Assembly (NCBI GenBank): GCA_963734495.1
Contig: CAVTHK010000001.1
Coordinates: 704,001-768,000 of the forward strand
Direction of reading: 5' to 3'
Source of the DNA: an uncultured Spirochaetota bacterium
GTDB taxonomy: Bacteria; Spirochaetota; Spirochaetia; SZUA-6; CAVTHK01
Length of the DNA: 64,000 nt
A model generated the notes under the pieces. That model searched no databases. It had not been told where the DNA came from and worked only from the letters and a program-made list of their open reading frames with translations. Every line of letters starts with the position of its first letter. The first letter of the stretch is position 1. The translations under genes and the position numbers were made by a program. Below are positions 60,874 to 64,000 of the stretch, piece after piece.

Positions 60874-61254
60874 GGGCCCCCCGTTTCGCGCACAGTTTAG
60901 GGGAATCTCGCCGCGGCATCAACCGTGTCGCTCGACGCGACTCGACCCGGGGCGCCGCGTGGCGGGGGGTCAGGGCCGGCGGGCGCGGATCGCGCGAGGC
61001 GAGATGCCGAGGATGGTGCGCGCCAGGGAGACGCCGAGCAGCCTGCTCGCGATCCTGAAGAGCACGCCGGCTGCGCCGAGACCGGCGATCGCCGCGATCA
61101 TGACAGGGGCCATGCCTATAGGATCGGCTGGTTCGGCTCGACCCCTGAACGGAGCCTCGACCTGCCGGAAACATGTAACTTGTAGTGACGCGGGGGCGAG
61201 GCCCTTTCCTCACAGTAAGATCGCGCTCATACTTGTCGGAAAAAGGAGGCCACC

Positions 61255-63632
61255 GTGGACAAGCCGCTTTCCCCGGATCTGCTCGCAAAGATGGACGCCT
61301 GGTGGCGCGCAGCGAACTACCTCTCGGTCGGGCAGATCTACCTCTACGACAACCCGCTGCTCAGGCAGCCGCTCACGCTCCAGCACGTGAAGCCGCGGCT
61401 CCTCGGCCACTGGGGGACCACGCCGGGGTTGAACTTCATCTACGTCCACATGAACCGGCTGATAAAGCAGCTCGACCTCGACGTGATCTTCGTCACCGGT
61501 CCCGGCCACGGCGGCCCCGGGCTCGTGGCCAACACGTACCTCGAAGGGACCTACAGCGAGGTCTACTCCGACGTGTCGCAGGACGCCGAGGGCATGAAGC
61601 GCCTGTTCGCGCAGTTCTCATTCCCGGGCGGCATCCCGAGCCACGTGGCGCCCGAGACGCCGGGCTCGATCCACGAAGGCGGCGAGCTCGGCTACGCGCT
61701 CTCTCACGCCTACGGCGCCGCGTTCGACAACCCCGACCTGCTGGTCTGCTGCGTGGTCGGCGACGGCGAGGCGGAGACCGGGCCGCTCGCCACCGGCTGG
61801 CACTCCAACAAGTTCCTCAACCCGGCGCGCGACGGCGCGGTGCTGCCGATCCTCCACCTCAACGGCTACAAGATCGCCAACCCGACGATCCTCGCGCGGA
61901 TCCCCCGCGAGGAGCTGGAGGCGCTGCTCCGGGGCTACGGCCACACCCCTTACTTCGTGGAAGATGAAAATGAAGGCAGCCGCCCGGAGGTCCTTCACCA
62001 GCTCATGGCTGCCACGCTCGACCGGGCGGTCGAGGAGATCCGGCGGATCCAGGCCGAGGCGAGGGCCGGCGGGTTCACGGGCCGGCCGGCGTGGCCGATG
62101 ATCGTGCTGCGCACGCCCAAGGGCTGGACCGGGCCGAAGGAGGTGGACGGCCTGCAGACGGAAGGGTCGTGGCGATCGCACCAGGTGCCCTTTTCCGAGA
62201 TGGCCGAGAAACCGGCGCACGTCGCGCTGCTGGAGAAGTGGATGAAGAGCTACCGGCCCGAGGAGCTCTTCGACGCCGACGGGAGGCTGCGTGCCGGAGA
62301 TCGCGGAGCTCGCGCCGGCGGGCCGCAGGCGCATGGGCGCCAACCCCCACGCCAACGGCGGGCGAGCTGCTGCGCGACCTGCGGATGCCCGACTTCCGCG
62401 GCTACGCGGTGGCGGTGCCAAGGCCGGGCGGCGTCGCAGCCGAGGCGACGAGGGTGTTAGGCGGCTTCGTGCGCGACGTGCTCAAGCTGAACCAGGGGAG
62501 CCGCAACTTCCGCGTCTTCGGCCCCGACGAGACAGCCTCCAACCGCCTCGGCGCGCGTGTTCGAGGCCACGGACCGGGCGTGGGCGGCGGAGCGCCTCCC
62601 CGGCGACGACCACCTCTCGCCCGACGGCCGCGTGATGGAGGTCCTGAGCGAGCACCAGTGCCAGGGCTGGCTCGAGGGCTACCTGCTCACCGGCCGCCAC
62701 GGCCTCTTCTCGTGCTACGAGGCCTTCATCCACATCGTGGACTCGATGTTCAACCAGCACGCCAAGTGGCTCAAGGTGACGCGGCACATCCCGTGGCGGA
62801 GGCCCATCGCGTCGCTCAACTACCTGCTCACCTCGCACGTGTGGCGCCAGGACCACAACGGCTTCAGCCACCAGGACCCGGGCTTCATCGACCACGTGGT
62901 CAACAAGAAGGCCGACATCATCCGCGTCTATCTGCCCGCCGGACGCCAACACGCTGCTCTCCGTGGCCGACCACTGCCTGCGCAGCCGCAACTACGTGAA
63001 CGTCATCGTCGCGGGCAAGCAGCCCGCGCCGCAGTGGCTCGACATGGACGCCGCGGTCAAGCACTGCACCGCGGGGCTCGGCATCTGGGAGTGGGCGTCC
63101 AGCGACGGCGGCGGCGAGCCCGACGTGGTCATGGCCTGCGCCGGCGACGTGCCGACGCTCGAGACGCTCGCGGCGGTCGACCTGCTGCGCAAGCACCTGC
63201 CCGCGCTCAAGGTCCGCGTGATCAACGTCGTCGACCTGATGACGATCCAGTCGCGCTCCGAGCATCCCCACGGGCTCGACGACCGCGACTTCGACCAGCT
63301 CTTCACCAAGGACAAGCCGATCATCTTCGCCTACCACGGCTATCCGTGGCTGATCCACCGGCTCACCTACCGCCGGACCAACCACGACAACCTGCACGTG
63401 CGCGGCTACAAGGAAGAGGGGACCACGACGACGCCCTTCGACATGGTGGTGCTCAACGACCTCGACCGCTTCCACCTGTTCGCCGACGTCATCGACCGCG
63501 TGCCCGGCCTCGCGCCGCGAGGCGGCGCACCTCAAGCAGATGATCCGCGACCGGCTCATCGAGCACAAGCAGTACATCCGCCGCTACGGGCAGGACATGC
63601 CGGAGATCCGCGACTGGAAGTGGTCCTGGTAG
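61255..63632 (+). CDS. xfp: Phosphoketolase (frameshifts near ~62290, 62360, 62555, 62940 and 63520)
   Basis: [79 protein letters not shown]. Confidence 0.93.
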
Positions 63633-63711
63633 GGGTCGGGTCGGGCGCCGGGAGCCGGGGGTGTTCGGGCGCGTGCTGGCGCGGCGGGCGGGCCGGGTCT
63701 ATGATTCCCCC

Positions 63712-64000
63712 GTGAGCGCGTCGCCGGGCCGCGACTGTACCATTCGTTTCCCCGCGGGCTTCCTCTGGGGGGCGGCGACCGCGGCGCACCAGGTCGAGGG
63801 CGGAAACCGCTGGAACGACTGGTGGCGCTGGGAGCATCGCGCGCCCGACGTCCCGCCGACGCTGCAGAGCGGTGACGCCTGCCGCCACTGGGACCGGTAC
63901 GACGCGGACTTCGCGCCTCGCCGCCGCGGACGCGCACAACGCCCACCGCCTGTCGATCGAGTGGAGCCGCATCGAGCCCGAGCGGGGGCGCATCGAGGCG
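63712..64000 (+). CDS. Glycoside hydrolase family 1 (beta-glucosidase), 3'-partial
   Basis: [42 protein letters not shown]. Confidence 0.88.
   Translation, partial: MSASPGRDCTIRFPAGFLWGAATAAHQVEGGNRWNDWWRWEHRAPDVPPTLQSGDACRHWDRYDADFAPRRRGRAQRPPPVDRVEPHRARAGAHRG

Noticed and set aside
61255-63632. Programmed frameshifting or pseudogene in phosphoketolase
   Set aside because: Several scattered indels with all motifs intact; best explained by sequencing error

Overview
High-GC bacterial window. Solute-binding proteins with 'AAFASG'-type N-termini and the style of an integrase relic suggest a free-living Spirochaetota genome (inference). Many single-base frameshifts cluster at 1-10 kb, 39.8-40.5 kb and 62-64 kb and look largely like long-read errors. 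(1) 1-13.4 kb is the right part of an integrative element ending in a 3'-half tRNA-Leu(CAG) att copy. It carries an HTH/DnaB-N-AAA replication module, a type I R-M system with two methyltransferases (NPPF and NPPY) and a Panacea antitoxin-toxin pair. (2) 13.5-42.7 kb is a mosaic cargo region that starts with a broken integrase. It holds four Cys-type sulfatases, sugar and peptide ABC components, GH5, a GH32 relic, dehydrogenases, a DUF5681-like relic, a second tRNA-like fragment and three copies of a ~64-bp repeat spaced ~8.8 kb apart. (3) 42.7-64 kb holds ugpBAE, superoxide reductase, LemA/TPM genes, phosphoketolase and a partial GH1. It also holds the best candidate new system: a putative synthase-dependent exopolysaccharide locus (TPR/beta-barrel exporter, membrane PIG-L deacetylase, ATP-grasp ligase, GT2, secreted TIM-barrel hydrolase-like protein) next to a Wzi-like protein and a membrane GGDEF protein. 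All product calls come from motif recognition only; no database searches were run.
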